Part shown: piece after piece, positions 22,168 through 32,631 of the stretch
Layout: each line of letters begins with the position of its first letter
Position numbering within the stretch: the stretch's first letter is position 1
Assembly: GCA_963754925.1 (NCBI GenBank)
Contig: CAVWHX010000006.1
Coordinates: 64,001 to 128,000 of the forward strand
Length of the DNA stretch: 64,000 nucleotides
DNA from: an uncultured delta proteobacterium
GTDB taxonomy: Bacteria; Myxococcota; B64-G9
Direction: 5' to 3'
Notes under the pieces: model-generated
Database searches by the model: none
The model's input: the letters and a program-made list of their open reading frames with translations, nothing else
What the model was told of the DNA's origin: nothing
Position numbers and translations under genes: made by a program

Positions 22168-23877
22168 TCATCGAAAATCAAGCGACTTGATTTCGTGCTC
22201 TTTTAGTTTTTTCGAGAGGTTCTGGCGAGTCATTCCGGCATGGGCGGCGGCCGCGGTGATGTTGCCGTTGAACTGCTTCATTAAGTCCACGAGATAGTTT
22301 CGCACCTGCTGGTCCGTGGCTTTGGTAAACTCTTCCCAAGTAATTTTCTTTCCGCGATCCCCGGTCGGCGACGCCGACCTCGAATCGGCCGGGTCGATAT
22401 TCGCGGGCAGCTTGAGCGAGGAAAGCGTGTCGCCGTCGATGCCAACCACGCTGGCGGCGATCACATTTTTTAGCTCTCGCACGTTTCCTGACCATGAATA
22501 GGTCGTTAGTTGTGCAAGCGCTTCGGGACCTAAAACCGTTACATTGGTTTTACATTCCTCGTTCACCTCGGTAAGCAGAATATGCGCGAGGTGAACCAGG
22601 TCTTCGGGTCGTTTCACGAGCGGCGGCACGACCATCGTATGCACTTGCAAGCGATACATCAGGTCCTGGCGGAACGCGCCGTCCCGCACCATGCTGCGGA
22701 GATCTCGATTGGTGGCGGCGATGATCCGCGCTTTACAGATCAGGTCGCGGGTGCCGCCGATTCTGCGATAGGTGCCGCTTTCGAGAAGCCGCAGCAGCTT
22801 TGCCTGACCTTCAGTGGAAAGCTCGCCAATTTCATCGAGAAACAACGTTCCATCGCCGGCCTGCTCCACCAGCCCGCGGTGCTGCGCCTGGGCGCCGGTG
22901 AAGGAACCTTTTTCGTGGCCGAAGAGCATGCTCACCATGAGGTTCTTGTCCATCATGGTGCAATCCGCCACCACGAAGCCAAGCGTTCGGCGCGAGCTTA
23001 CCGCGTAGAGCGCCCGGGCAACGACTTCTTTTCCCACCCCTGTGTCGCCGGTAATCAGCACCGGGTGCGGTACGTGCGCAAGCGCCATCATTTGCCTGAC
23101 AACCTCCTGCATGGCGGGGCTGCGTGCGATCAGCTGCACTCTGCCGTTGGCCCCCGAAAAACGGTTTTGGGAGGATGCGCTATGCAGTCTCGTGGATTGA
23201 ATCTCGTGGGTGATAGCCTGGAGGAGCCGGTCGCCGCCGACTGGTTTCTCGACCAACTCGAAGATCCCGAGCGTCGCCGCTTTTGACTGAAGATCGAGGT
23301 TGACCTTCTTACTGATAACGACCATCGGCAGATCCAAGGCCAACGCTTTCAGTTCGCGGAGTTCCTTATCCTGATTATCGATGTCCACCACCACCAGATC
23401 CACCTTGTGTTCGGATGCTGCCGACGACAGGTCACTCAGATTGCGGGCTCTGATCAACCTATGACAACGTTCGCTGAGAATCGCCCACATCATGTCCCCG
23501 AGCTGCTTGTCGTTGGTAATGATCAAGATGGCGGTTTTGCCCCCCATGGCGCCCCAGACAATGCGCCTGAGCCTCGAAAGCTCGCGGGGCGGGACGCTCG
23601 TGAACTCAACTCCCATCCCGGCGATGCGGCCCTGGCCGGGTTGCACCGAACGCACCACCCGGGCCTTGATGAACAGAGACCCTTCGTTATCCTGCAAATT
23701 CAGCTCGATTCCGATAACTGAGCCAATCGGATAGATCTGGTCGGTCTGGATGAACATGCCGCCTTCACTGATGTTGGTTTTTTGCGGGGAAGCATTGGTT
23801 AGGGGGTCGGTCGTGCGCACGCAAAGGACGATGTCGACCCTCGGGTGGGCGCGGTTTTCAATTTTCGATTCGGTCAT
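22168..23877 (-). CDS. Sigma54-dependent activator with PilZ, REC, AAA+ and Fis-HTH domains
   Basis: RAHPR and NISEGG (PilZ), VVVDID/KP (REC), GDTGVGKE, GSFTGA, LFLDEIGE, WSGNVREL, GNITAAA HTH. Confidence 0.9.
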   Translation of the reverse strand: MTESKIENRAHPRVDIVLCVRTTDPLTNASPQKTNISEGGMFIQTDQIYPIGSVIGIELNLQDNEGSLFIKARVVRSVQPGQGRIAGMGVEFTSVPPRELSRLRRIVWGAMGGKTAILIITNDKQLGDMMWAILSERCHRLIRARNLSDLSSAASEHKVDLVVVDIDNQDKELRELKALALDLPMVVISKKVNLDLQSKAATLGIFELVEKPVGGDRLLQAITHEIQSTRLHSASSQNRFSGANGRVQLIARSPAMQEVVRQMMALAHVPHPVLITGDTGVGKEVVARALYAVSSRRTLGFVVADCTMMDKNLMVSMLFGHEKGSFTGAQAQHRGLVEQAGDGTLFLDEIGELSTEGQAKLLRLLESGTYRRIGGTRDLICKARIIAATNRDLRSMVRDGAFRQDLMYRLQVHTMVVPPLVKRPEDLVHLAHILLTEVNEECKTNVTVLGPEALAQLTTYSWSGNVRELKNVIAASVVGIDGDTLSSLKLPANIDPADSRSASPTGDRGKKITWEEFTKATDQQVRNYLVDLMKQFNGNITAAAAHAGMTRQNLSKKLKEHEIKSLDFR

Positions 23878-23984
23878 TGGGGGCCTCTAAGATGAGTCTT
23901 GGCAGACAGACTAATTAATAATATCATCGGCCAAACGGTTCGTACAATTTCTGTATTCTTTTTATCAGGGTAAGCGAATCGAAC

Positions 23985-25616
23985 ATGAATAACACGGTCT
24001 TTAAATTTGAGATGCCTCAAAACGAACGAGTCGAGCCGTATGTCCCGGGCTCGGCCGAACGCCAGGCGCTCAAAGCCGAGCTTACCAGGCAGGCGCTGAC
24101 CGAGATCGAGATCCCGCTCATCATCGGCGGCAAGGAAATCCGCACCGCTGCGACCGCTACCGTGGTGATGCCCTGTGAGCATTGCCATGTCCTTGCCACC
24201 TACCATCGCGCCGGCCAGAAGGAGGCGCAGATGGCCGTCGAGGCGGCGCGTGCCGCCAAGCCCGCCTGGGAGAGCATGTCGTGGATCGAGCGCGCTTCGA
24301 TCACGCTGAAGGCCGCCGAGCTTCTCTCCAAGAAGCGCCGCTACCTCCTCAACGCCGCCACTATGCTGGGACAAGCGAAGAATGCCTATCAGGCGGAAAT
24401 AGACTCGGCCTGTGAAACCATCGACTTTTTGCGATACAACGCGTACTTCGCCTCGCAGATATATGCCTTCCAACCGCGTTCGGGTTTCGACCAGCTCAAC
24501 CGCATGGAGTATCGACCGCTCGAAGGATTTATCTTTGCGGTAAGCCCGTTCAACTTTACCTCCATCGCCTCAAACCTGAACCTGTCCGTGGTGCTCATGG
24601 GCAACACCACGGTATGGAAGCCGGCCACCAGCGCGCTACTCTCAAATTACTATTTGATGAAGACCTTTCAAGAAGCCGGGCTGCCCGATGGCGTCGTCAA
24701 CTTCGTGCCGGGTAGCGGGGCCGCCATCGGAGCGGTTGCGCTCGGCGACCGCGATTTGGGCGGCATCCATTTCACCGGTTCGAATGCAACGTTCAATCAG
24801 CTCTGGCATACCATGAGCCAGAATCTCGGTAAGCTGCGCTCCTATCCGCGGTTGGTCGGCGAGACCGGGGGCAAGGATTTTATTTTTGTTCACGCATCGG
24901 CCGACCCGGCCGAGGTGGCGACGGCCATCCTGCGGGGAGCCTTTGAGTACCAGGGCCAGAAATGTTCGGCGGCCTCGCGCGCCTACGTGCCGAGTTCACT
25001 ATGGCCGCAGCTTCGCGAACGGCTGCTCGGCATGGTGGCGGCGGTTAAGGTTGGCGACGTGCGGGACTTCCGCAATTTCATGAATGCGGTCATCGACGAA
25101 GCATCGTTCGACGCCATTATGGGGTACATCGAGAAGGCCCGGCGGGCGCCCGGCGTTGATATTCTCGCCGGCGGCACGGGCGATAAGTCAGTGGGTTACT
25201 TCATCCAGCCGACGATCCTGCAGACCACCGATCCGCATTTCATCACCATGGAGGAGGAGATTTTCGGGCCGGTGATGACCATCTTCGTCTATAACGACCG
25301 GGATTATGAGAGTGCGCTCAGGCTGTGCGATGAGACCTCTCCCTATGGTCTCACGGGAGCCGTCTTCGCCCGTGACCGATTCGCCGTGGTGACGGCGTGC
25401 CGCGTCCTGCGCTACGCCGCCGGCAACTTGTACATAAATGACAAGCCGACGGGAGCCTTAGTCGGGCTGCAGCCGTTCAGCGGCGCGCGGGCATCCGGGA
25501 CGAACGACAAGGCCGGCGGGCCGCTCAACCTGCTTCGCTGGGTGAGCCCGCTCACGATCAAGGAGACCTTCGTCCCGGCGACCGACGGTACCTATCCGTT
25601 CATGGCCGCTGAGTGA
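23985..25616 (+). CDS. pruA: Delta-1-pyrroline-5-carboxylate dehydrogenase
   Basis: SPFNFT, FTGS, GETGGKDF, FEYQGQKCSA, EEIFGP, NDKPTGA, RASGTNDKAG. Confidence 0.93.
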   Translation: MNNTVFKFEMPQNERVEPYVPGSAERQALKAELTRQALTEIEIPLIIGGKEIRTAATATVVMPCEHCHVLATYHRAGQKEAQMAVEAARAAKPAWESMSWIERASITLKAAELLSKKRRYLLNAATMLGQAKNAYQAEIDSACETIDFLRYNAYFASQIYAFQPRSGFDQLNRMEYRPLEGFIFAVSPFNFTSIASNLNLSVVLMGNTTVWKPATSALLSNYYLMKTFQEAGLPDGVVNFVPGSGAAIGAVALGDRDLGGIHFTGSNATFNQLWHTMSQNLGKLRSYPRLVGETGGKDFIFVHASADPAEVATAILRGAFEYQGQKCSAASRAYVPSSLWPQLRERLLGMVAAVKVGDVRDFRNFMNAVIDEASFDAIMGYIEKARRAPGVDILAGGTGDKSVGYFIQPTILQTTDPHFITMEEEIFGPVMTIFVYNDRDYESALRLCDETSPYGLTGAVFARDRFAVVTACRVLRYAAGNLYINDKPTGALVGLQPFSGARASGTNDKAGGPLNLLRWVSPLTIKETFVPATDGTYPFMAAE

Positions 25617-25626
25617 GGAGCCAACA

Positions 25627-26523
25627 ATGACCGGCAAGCATGGTGGTGTTGTCGTACTGGCGGGGATTCTCTTTCTGGTCGGTTGCAGTGAACAGAGAAA
25701 CGTCACGAGTGCATGGAACGCCCGTGCAGTCACCATCGATGGCAAGGGCGCAGAATGGGCCGACGTGCCGCTCGACTATTTCGAGGAAGGCGATATCTCC
25801 TGGGGAATTATGAACGACGCCGACAAACTCTATCTGATTATCGGAAGTTCGAATAAATCCTCGATTAGAATCTTGAGGCAATCGGGCTTGACCGTATGGT
25901 TTAATAGCACCGGGGAGAAGAACAAGAGAGAATTCGGCTTACGCCTGAGAGGCGGCGCGATACGGTGGATACCACCACGGGCAGTGGAGCAACCGGAAGG
26001 CCAGCCGGAAGCGGAAGAGCGAACGGCGCCTCAAGACAGCTATGTCTTGGCGCTCGACCTTACGGTGTTAGACAACCAAGGTCGCGAGTCGCCGATTTCG
26101 ACAAGCGGTGAAGATGGTCCCGCTGCTGCGGCGGGGTGTGACGAAGCGATTTGCTCGTACGAGATGAGCGTTCCTCTCAAAAAAACGGATGCGGTCAAGT
26201 ATGCCATAAACGCCGTGCAAGGAAAAAAGATCGGCATCGGGGTGGAGCTGAGCGTTCCCAAAAGGGGCCGCCGATCCGATGAAGAAGAAACCTCGGGCAC
26301 GGGACCGCACGGGGGTGGCGATCACCACCAGGGCATGGGATCCCGCGGAATGGATCAAGGCGATCACGATATGGCGGGGCGAGGGCCGAGCGGCGACGAT
26401 AGGGATCAGCGCGGGCCGGGCGATCGCAATCCCGATCGCGGCGGCCATGAAAAACACAAACCGATCGAGCTTGAGAAGAAGGGCATCTGGTTATCGGTGA
26501 CGCTCGCGCAGCCCCAACGTTGA
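25627..26523 (+). CDS. Hypothetical lipoprotein with Gly/Arg/Asp-rich low-complexity segment
   Basis: Lipobox LVGC after hydrophobic stretch; GAGGAG RBS overlapping pruA stop. Confidence 0.7.
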   Translation: MTGKHGGVVVLAGILFLVGCSEQRNVTSAWNARAVTIDGKGAEWADVPLDYFEEGDISWGIMNDADKLYLIIGSSNKSSIRILRQSGLTVWFNSTGEKNKREFGLRLRGGAIRWIPPRAVEQPEGQPEAEERTAPQDSYVLALDLTVLDNQGRESPISTSGEDGPAAAAGCDEAICSYEMSVPLKKTDAVKYAINAVQGKKIGIGVELSVPKRGRRSDEEETSGTGPHGGGDHHQGMGSRGMDQGDHDMAGRGPSGDDRDQRGPGDRNPDRGGHEKHKPIELEKKGIWLSVTLAQPQR

Positions 26524-26571
26524 AGGACCGCAGAAGACAATAACTAGTGCGATCGCGTCAGGAAGACTCGT

Positions 26572-26940
26572 TTATTCCGATGCGGACCGCGTGGCCTTCG
26601 TTGATTCGTTTTTCCGAGCCCGTCGTTTATGTCTACGATGCCCTCGCTTGTCGTCACCACCAAAGACGTCAATACCGAGATTTAAAAGTCCGCCTACTAC
26701 CGATGGAAGGACGCCCAGCGATAACGCGAATTTCCTTTTCCGATTTGTCGCCTCGGCTTGTTGCTGATCGTCGTCGGCCTCGTCCTTCGGGTCTTGTGCC
26801 TTGCCAGCGATATCGAGCGCCAGGTCGACCAAGCCTTTTTTGTTTTTGGGCGTGGATCCAATAGTAAGCGACCCGGTTGTTCCTGCTTTACGGTCAACTT
26901 TGAGCGCCAAGTCCACCAAACCTTTTTTTGCCGTTTCCAT
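26572..26940 (-). CDS. Hypothetical protein with duplicated KKGLVDLAL motif
   Basis: GAGGAG RBS before ATG 26940; internal repeat; hydrophobic segment then basic tail. Confidence 0.6.
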   Translation of the reverse strand: METAKKGLVDLALKVDRKAGTTGSLTIGSTPKNKKGLVDLALDIAGKAQDPKDEADDDQQQAEATNRKRKFALSLGVLPSVVGGLLNLGIDVFGGDDKRGHRRHKRRARKNESTKATRSASE

Positions 26941-26971
26941 TGTGTTCTCCTCTATTCCTCCGGATTTTGTT

Positions 26972-27511
26972 TTATGCTGCGGGGGAATCATGGGTTATTT
27001 TTTCACCACTGTGTTTTCGTGTCGTTCTGTCTTGCTTCAACAATCGTAGTCGTCTCGGAAATGAAAGAGTAGCTGCGTACGCTTCGCTGAGAAGTTCTAT
27101 CTCTTCTTCAGTAATCGGTTTTAGTTCCAGTTCGTCCGCGTGATCCCGGGCGTACTCAAAAATTCGATAACCTCTGCCTCTTCTGCGCCGATATTTCACC
27201 TTCTCCAGCGCCGAGAGGTTTGAGTCGAAGGCTGCATACAATACTCTTTTGAGCTGCGCCTTCCTGTGCTTCGGATTGGGGTCAAGCTTTTTCTGAAGCT
27301 CTTTCCAAAGGGAGATCAATTCGACTTTCTTCCGGGTGATCTCCAGCACATCCTTCAAAACCTTGTGGAAAACATCTTTCGGTATATCTCGCCGCTTCCG
27401 GCCGTCGGATCGTTCGACCAAACGATAGGATCGTCGAAACTCGGCCTTCTGCTCATCATTCATTTTTTCATAATATTGCATTAGCTCTTCGATGACGTCT
27501 TTTGCTTTCAT
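26972..27511 (-). CDS. Hypothetical basic, helical protein
   Basis: AAAGGAGG RBS and consensus promoter upstream. Confidence 0.7.
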   Translation of the reverse strand: MKAKDVIEELMQYYEKMNDEQKAEFRRSYRLVERSDGRKRRDIPKDVFHKVLKDVLEITRKKVELISLWKELQKKLDPNPKHRKAQLKRVLYAAFDSNLSALEKVKYRRRRGRGYRIFEYARDHADELELKPITEEEIELLSEAYAATLSFPRRLRLLKQDRTTRKHSGEKITHDSPAA

Positions 27512-27571
27512 GTTGAGCACCTCCTTTCAAAATATTTTGTTGTCACCATCATCTTAATTGCTCACGTACAC

Positions 27572-27599
27572 ATTATAAACATTATATAACCTATGTCAA
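27572..27599 (-). promoter_or_regulatory. Sigma70 consensus promoter
   Basis: TTGACA-16 nt-TATAAT on minus strand in an AT-rich spacer. Confidence 0.7.
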
Positions 27600-27725
27600 G
27601 TATTATTTACAACTAATATAACATAGTTGTATATACAATATAGACGTGGTTAGCGACTATATAGTTAATGGATTGATATTATTGTAATTAAACAGAAGTA
27701 TACTCTGTAATCTGCTTGATTAACC

Positions 27726-28607
27726 TTAGTACCCGAAGCGATTGGGGATGTCGAAGGCGGCGGTAATGGAATAGGTAACGTTGTGCACGGGATCGCCGGT
27801 CAGGTTGAAGAACACACCGGCCGCGATACGTGTTCCGTCGCTCACCGGGCTTTTGAAGGGGCCGATGAAAATCTCCGGCGCGATAAAGACCGTCTCGGCC
27901 GGGGCGCTTGTGGTCAGCGGCGGCAGCGCTCGCGACCCGTCGAGGTAGGTGGTGCTGTTGACCTCGACCTGGGTATAGATTGGATAGTCAAATCGCACGG
28001 GCGTGAGCAAAACGGAGACGAGACCGGTCGCGGCAATCTGTCGGGCGGACCTGCCGTTTACGATAGGCAGCAAACCGGTAATGTTGGCTTCGATGATGAG
28101 GTGGCGCCAGAAGCGCTGACCGGCGTAGATGAATGGCCCAACGAAGTAATCGGCTGCGCTTAAACCGTTCTGCCCCGTAGGAAAGGTCATCATCACTCCG
28201 GCGGAGAGCATGTTGTCGAGCTCGAGCGATCCGGCGACAAGGAACTGGGCAAGCAGCTGAATGTCCTGAAACCCGCTCGGTTGCCCTCCGGTGCCGATTT
28301 GAAAAGGGACGGTGAGGACGAAGCCGAGATGAGCAGTGGCGATCAGACCTACTTCCGCCGAGAGTACATCTCCGCCGCCTTGCTTGCCGTGAAAGTAGCT
28401 ATTGAAGACCTGCACCTGCTGTTCGAGTTGCGGCGGAGCGCCGACAATGGGGAAGGGGAAAAAGAGCTGCTCCCATTTCGTGGGTTCCTCGTCGGCATTG
28501 GCGGCCGCGGGCCACGCAACCATCGGCACTGCCACCACGATGGCAACCAGGCACGCAGCCATACAAGAACCGCATCGACGCAAATTTTGTTGGTTCCCGT
28601 AGTTCAT
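27726..28607 (-). CDS. Exported protein, probable outer-membrane beta-barrel
   Basis: Signal peptide ending AAANA; alternating beta-strand pattern; aromatic C-terminus. Confidence 0.6.
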   Translation of the reverse strand: MNYGNQQNLRRCGSCMAACLVAIVVAVPMVAWPAAANADEEPTKWEQLFFPFPIVGAPPQLEQQVQVFNSYFHGKQGGGDVLSAEVGLIATAHLGFVLTVPFQIGTGGQPSGFQDIQLLAQFLVAGSLELDNMLSAGVMMTFPTGQNGLSAADYFVGPFIYAGQRFWRHLIIEANITGLLPIVNGRSARQIAATGLVSVLLTPVRFDYPIYTQVEVNSTTYLDGSRALPPLTTSAPAETVFIAPEIFIGPFKSPVSDGTRIAAGVFFNLTGDPVHNVTYSITAAFDIPNRFGY

Positions 28608-28792
28608 GTTTTGCCTCTAAGTAATGTCGGAATCGGCGATTGTCAAGGGCGCGAGGTTTCAGACACGCCGCTTTTGCATCAGGCATCCTTAAAGGTTATT
28701 GAACGAAAGCAAAGATGTCGTACTTTTTAATCTTGATGGTATGCGAATTTGACATATTCATACTTACCGATGTTGCATGAGGAGCTACGATA

Positions 28793-29077
28793 ATGCGTGA
28801 TACCAAAAGAAAACGTGTTGAGGCCGCTGGGTGGAGGATCGGGTCGGCGGCAGAATTTCTCAATCTCTCTACCAGTGAAGCCGTATACGTTGAACTCAAG
28901 CTCAGGCTCGCAGCGAACCTTCGGGAAAGAAGGAAAAAGCAGCACCTCAGTCAAGAAGAACTTGCCGAGGTGGTGAAGTCCAGCCAGTCCCGCGTCGCAA
29001 AAATGGAGGCCGGAGATCCTTCTGTCTCGGTGGATTTAATATTGCAGCAAGTTGAAGGAAAATCAATGCTAGACTAG
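28793..29077 (+). CDS. XRE-family HTH protein (orphan antitoxin-like), C-terminus probably truncated
   Basis: GWRIGSAAEFL, LSQEELA..VKSSQSRVAKMEAGDPSVSVD; no toxin ORF upstream. Confidence 0.75.
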   Translation: MRDTKRKRVEAAGWRIGSAAEFLNLSTSEAVYVELKLRLAANLRERRKKQHLSQEELAEVVKSSQSRVAKMEAGDPSVSVDLILQQVEGKSMLD

Positions 29078-29111
29078 CTGCGGCGATATCGAGGAAACTG
29101 CGGCGCTTCGC

Positions 29112-31103
29112 TTACTTTTCTCCCAGCGCCTCCCGCACTTTGAAAGCCAGATCCTTCATCGAGAATGGCTTCTGGATGAAGTTCACACCCTCGTCCAGCA
29201 CACCCCGATCGGCAATCATATTGGCTGTATAGCCGGACATGAACAGAATTTTCATGCTGGGGTAACGGGATTGCATACGTTCCGCCAGGTCCCGGCCGTT
29301 CATCTCCGGCATGACGACGTCGGTGATAAGAAGGTGTATCTCGCTCGCGTGTTCCTCGGCCAACCCAATGGCCCCGCCCGGCGTGCCTGCGGCCAGCACC
29401 CGATACCCTAATTGTTCCAGTATCTTTTTGTCCATCTTCAGGAGCGCGGGCTCGTCCTCCACCACCAGCACGGTCTCGCCGCGGCTGAGAGGGATTTCCG
29501 CAGCTTCTTCCCGCTGGATATCGATGGCCTGGCCCGCGTGCCGGGGCAGGTAGATTCTAAAGGTCGTTCCTTTTCCTGGTTCGCTGTAGACGTTGATGAA
29601 TCCGTTGTTCTGCTTGACGATGCCATACACCATCGATAGCCCCAGGCCGGTTCCCTGGCCCACCCCCTTACTGGTGAAAAACGGTTCGAAAATTTGGTCG
29701 AGGGTCTCCTTGTCCATGCCGCATCCATCGTCGCTGACGGCCAGCAGCACATACTCTCCTACCACAAACCCGGCATGATCAGCGCAGTAGGTCTCGTCAA
29801 AGACTGCGTTTCCCGTTTCGATAGTGATCTTGCCGACGTCGGCAATGGCGTCCCTGGCGTTGACACACAGATTGGCCAGGATCTGATTGACTTGGACGGG
29901 GTCTATCTTGATCGGACACAGGCCTGACTCGGGCAGCCAGGCCAGATTGATGTCCTCACCGATAAGTCGCCGGAGCATCTTGAGCATACTCTCCACGTTC
30001 TGGTTCAGGTCAAGCACCACGGGATTGATGGTCTGCTTGCGGGCAAATGCCAGCAATTGCCGGGTGATTTCCGTGGAACGTATGGCAGCCTTCTGAATTT
30101 CCTCAAGGTCGGTATGCAGAGTCTTATCCGGGTCGACCGTGTTCAGGGCCAGTTCCGTATAACCGAGGATCACGCTGAGCATATTGTTGTAATCGTGGGC
30201 CACGCCGCCCGCCAGCAGGCCCACCGCTTCCATCTTCTGGGCCTGCTGAAACTGGGCCGTCAGTCGGAGATGCTCGCTGATGTCCCGTTTGACGGCCACG
30301 TAGTTGACGATCTGGCCCGAAGTGTTGCGGATCGGCGAAATCGTCGACTCCTCGGTGTAGAGAATCCCATCCTTGCGCTTGTTGACCATACGGCCTTCCC
30401 ACGTTTTGCCGCTGGAGATGGTATCCCAAAGATTGCGGTAAAATTGTTCGTCCTGCGCACCGCTCTTGAGGATGCGCGGATTCTGGCCGATGGCCTCCTC
30501 TCGGCTGTAGCCCGTCGTCCGCCGGAAGGCCGGGTTCACGAACTGGATGATCCCTTGGGCATCGGTCACGACAATGGTCTCTGCGAGCTGCTCGATGGCC
30601 GCCATCATCCGCTTGTGCTCGGCGTCGTCCCGCTTGCGCTCGGTGATGTCACGGATGTTGCACTGGATCACCTTGCTATGGTCCACGAGGTAAACATTGC
30701 TGACAAACTCCACGGCGATGGGCCGCCCATCGTGGGTTTCCAGCGGCAAATCATCGTAACGGATGTATTCGTTATCTTGCAGGGTCTTGAAAGCGTCCTT
30801 GGATGCGGCAATGTCTTTGAATACACCGAGTTCCCAGATATATTGCCCGAATAATGTTTCGTAAGAATAGCCGAGTAACCGCAACAGGAAAGGATTGACA
30901 TCAACCACTTTGCCGGTATCGGCATCAAGAATCAAGATACCGTCCTTGGCCGATTCAAAGAGCCGTCGGTAGCGCTTCTCGGAATCTTGCAGCGCCTCCC
31001 CGGTCCTCTCCTTTTCCAGCAACGTGTCTTCCAGCAGCGCAATTCGCCTATTCAGATCGGCGCCGGCGAGGCGAAGCTGGTTTTCGACATTGGTATCTGA
31101 CAT
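29112..31103 (-). CDS. PAS-PAS hybrid sensor histidine kinase / response regulator
   Basis: Two PAS domains, GGVAHDYNN H-box, NLCVNARDA, DDGCGM, FFTSK, GTGLGL, REC TDVVMP/KPF. Confidence 0.95.
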   Translation of the reverse strand: MSDTNVENQLRLAGADLNRRIALLEDTLLEKERTGEALQDSEKRYRRLFESAKDGILILDADTGKVVDVNPFLLRLLGYSYETLFGQYIWELGVFKDIAASKDAFKTLQDNEYIRYDDLPLETHDGRPIAVEFVSNVYLVDHSKVIQCNIRDITERKRDDAEHKRMMAAIEQLAETIVVTDAQGIIQFVNPAFRRTTGYSREEAIGQNPRILKSGAQDEQFYRNLWDTISSGKTWEGRMVNKRKDGILYTEESTISPIRNTSGQIVNYVAVKRDISEHLRLTAQFQQAQKMEAVGLLAGGVAHDYNNMLSVILGYTELALNTVDPDKTLHTDLEEIQKAAIRSTEITRQLLAFARKQTINPVVLDLNQNVESMLKMLRRLIGEDINLAWLPESGLCPIKIDPVQVNQILANLCVNARDAIADVGKITIETGNAVFDETYCADHAGFVVGEYVLLAVSDDGCGMDKETLDQIFEPFFTSKGVGQGTGLGLSMVYGIVKQNNGFINVYSEPGKGTTFRIYLPRHAGQAIDIQREEAAEIPLSRGETVLVVEDEPALLKMDKKILEQLGYRVLAAGTPGGAIGLAEEHASEIHLLITDVVMPEMNGRDLAERMQSRYPSMKILFMSGYTANMIADRGVLDEGVNFIQKPFSMKDLAFKVREALGEK

Positions 31104-31367
31104 AATCGCAACCTCGATAAATTTGTCACCCGGCAAATACGTTATTCTAATAACGATTTATCTGGCGTCTTTGCCATCGACCCCCCCCACTGGCCTCCCC
31201 GATCCCGCTTAACTTATTTGAAATAGAATGTAATCTCTTAGTAAAATTTTCGCAACTTTTCTTCACAACATGCGATCCATCCCTTCGGCATTATTGGATA
31301 CCGTACCGACCCGTCCATGGGGGAAAATTACTTTTTGTAAGTGCACGAACCGAGCAACTACCTTAAT

Positions 31368-32098
31368 TCAGTCCAGAACCAGGTTCGACTGTATCGCCAG
31401 GCGCGTTTTGGTCATCAGTTCCGCCATGCTATCATGACTATACCCATGGGTCTCGATGGGATCGCCGACTACCACCCGTATGCGGCCGGGATTAAAACAA
31501 AGCTTTTCCGGGGAAGCACCTGCCGGCTCCCGTTTACCGTCACCGGAAGAATCGGGTTACTTTTTTCAAGCGCCACGTTGAAAGCGCCCTTTTTGAAATT
31601 CAGCAAACGCCCGTCCGGCGAACGCGTTCCCTCGGCGAAAAACATGATGCTCACCCCGGCGGGAAGGCGTTCGAGCCCCTTGCGAATGCTCTCGCGCGCC
31701 TTCTCGGGATTGCTGCGGTCGATGAAGATGTTCCTCGAAGCATAGAGGGCGTAGCCGAAGAGCGGCGTTTTGAGAAGCTCTTTCTTGATGGTCCAGCGGT
31801 ACTGAATGCCGAGGGAGGTTACCAGGGCGAGAATATCGAACATCGACTGATGGTTCGAGACGATGACATAGGAACAGCCTTTCTTCATTTTCTCTCTTCC
31901 CTGGATGGCGACGCGGGTTCCGGTGACCAGGAGCATCACCCGCGCCCAAATCTTCGAGAGTGAAAAGGCCAGGTTGCCCGTTCTGCTCAGCACTGATGCG
32001 AGCATTATCGGAAAAAAGAGAATCAAGGTCATGGCGATGCCCCAGAAGCATATCCAGCATCTCTTCGCGTAGCGCACGACATGGTTCATACCGTCCAC
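31368..32098 (-). CDS. plsC: 1-acyl-sn-glycerol-3-phosphate acyltransferase, frameshifted near 31494-31497
   Basis: NHQSMFD, FIDR, FAEGTRS, FKKGAF; adding one base to the A4 run restores PGRIRVVVGDPI... to a stop at 31368. Confidence 0.88.
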
Positions 32099-32325
32099 CT
32101 CCCGACAGGTTGCCTATTCCATCATTATTTGGGTGTAAACAGCAAGCTTTGGCTGAGAAGGCGCCTTCAGCCCTGGACGTTGACGCTCGACGGGATATTC
32201 CTTTCCTCTATCATTCTGTTTTCTGAACGGTATGCTTCGCATAAATTCTTGCCGAGTTCAATTGCTTCTTTCTGCCTATTATGTTGTTGGTACCGATATA
32301 CAACTCGTTGGTAATGTCTCAGTTT

Positions 32326-32512
32326 GAGGCTCACGGGTATTCGTCGAACGACAGGGCAAACTGACCCACAACCGGGTATATTGTCATATCGACCGAAGGG
32401 AGATATCTAACTGCGATCTCATCGTTATTTAGATTTCTCGCTACCCCTAAAGGGATAAGAGACTGTACGCCTCGCTTCGCTCGCTACAGTCTCTAACGCT
32501 CGAAATGACAAT
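32326..32512. repeat. ~190-bp nested palindromic repeat, left copy
   Basis: 99 bp (32414-32512) identical to 53752-53850; outer TGTCATATCG...CGAAATGACA, inner GAGATATCTAA/TTAGATTTCTC and AGAGACTGTA/TACAGTCTCT hairpins. Confidence 0.92.
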
Positions 32513-32631
32513 CGCTCCGCATGACAATCGCTACGCTCTTGTTACCACCATTGACTCCCCTATGATTTGAGAGTTAGCGTCGATTTGAGAAGGCGCCGGC
32601 GGGCGCCGTTGGAAACAAAGGGCGCGCAGGA

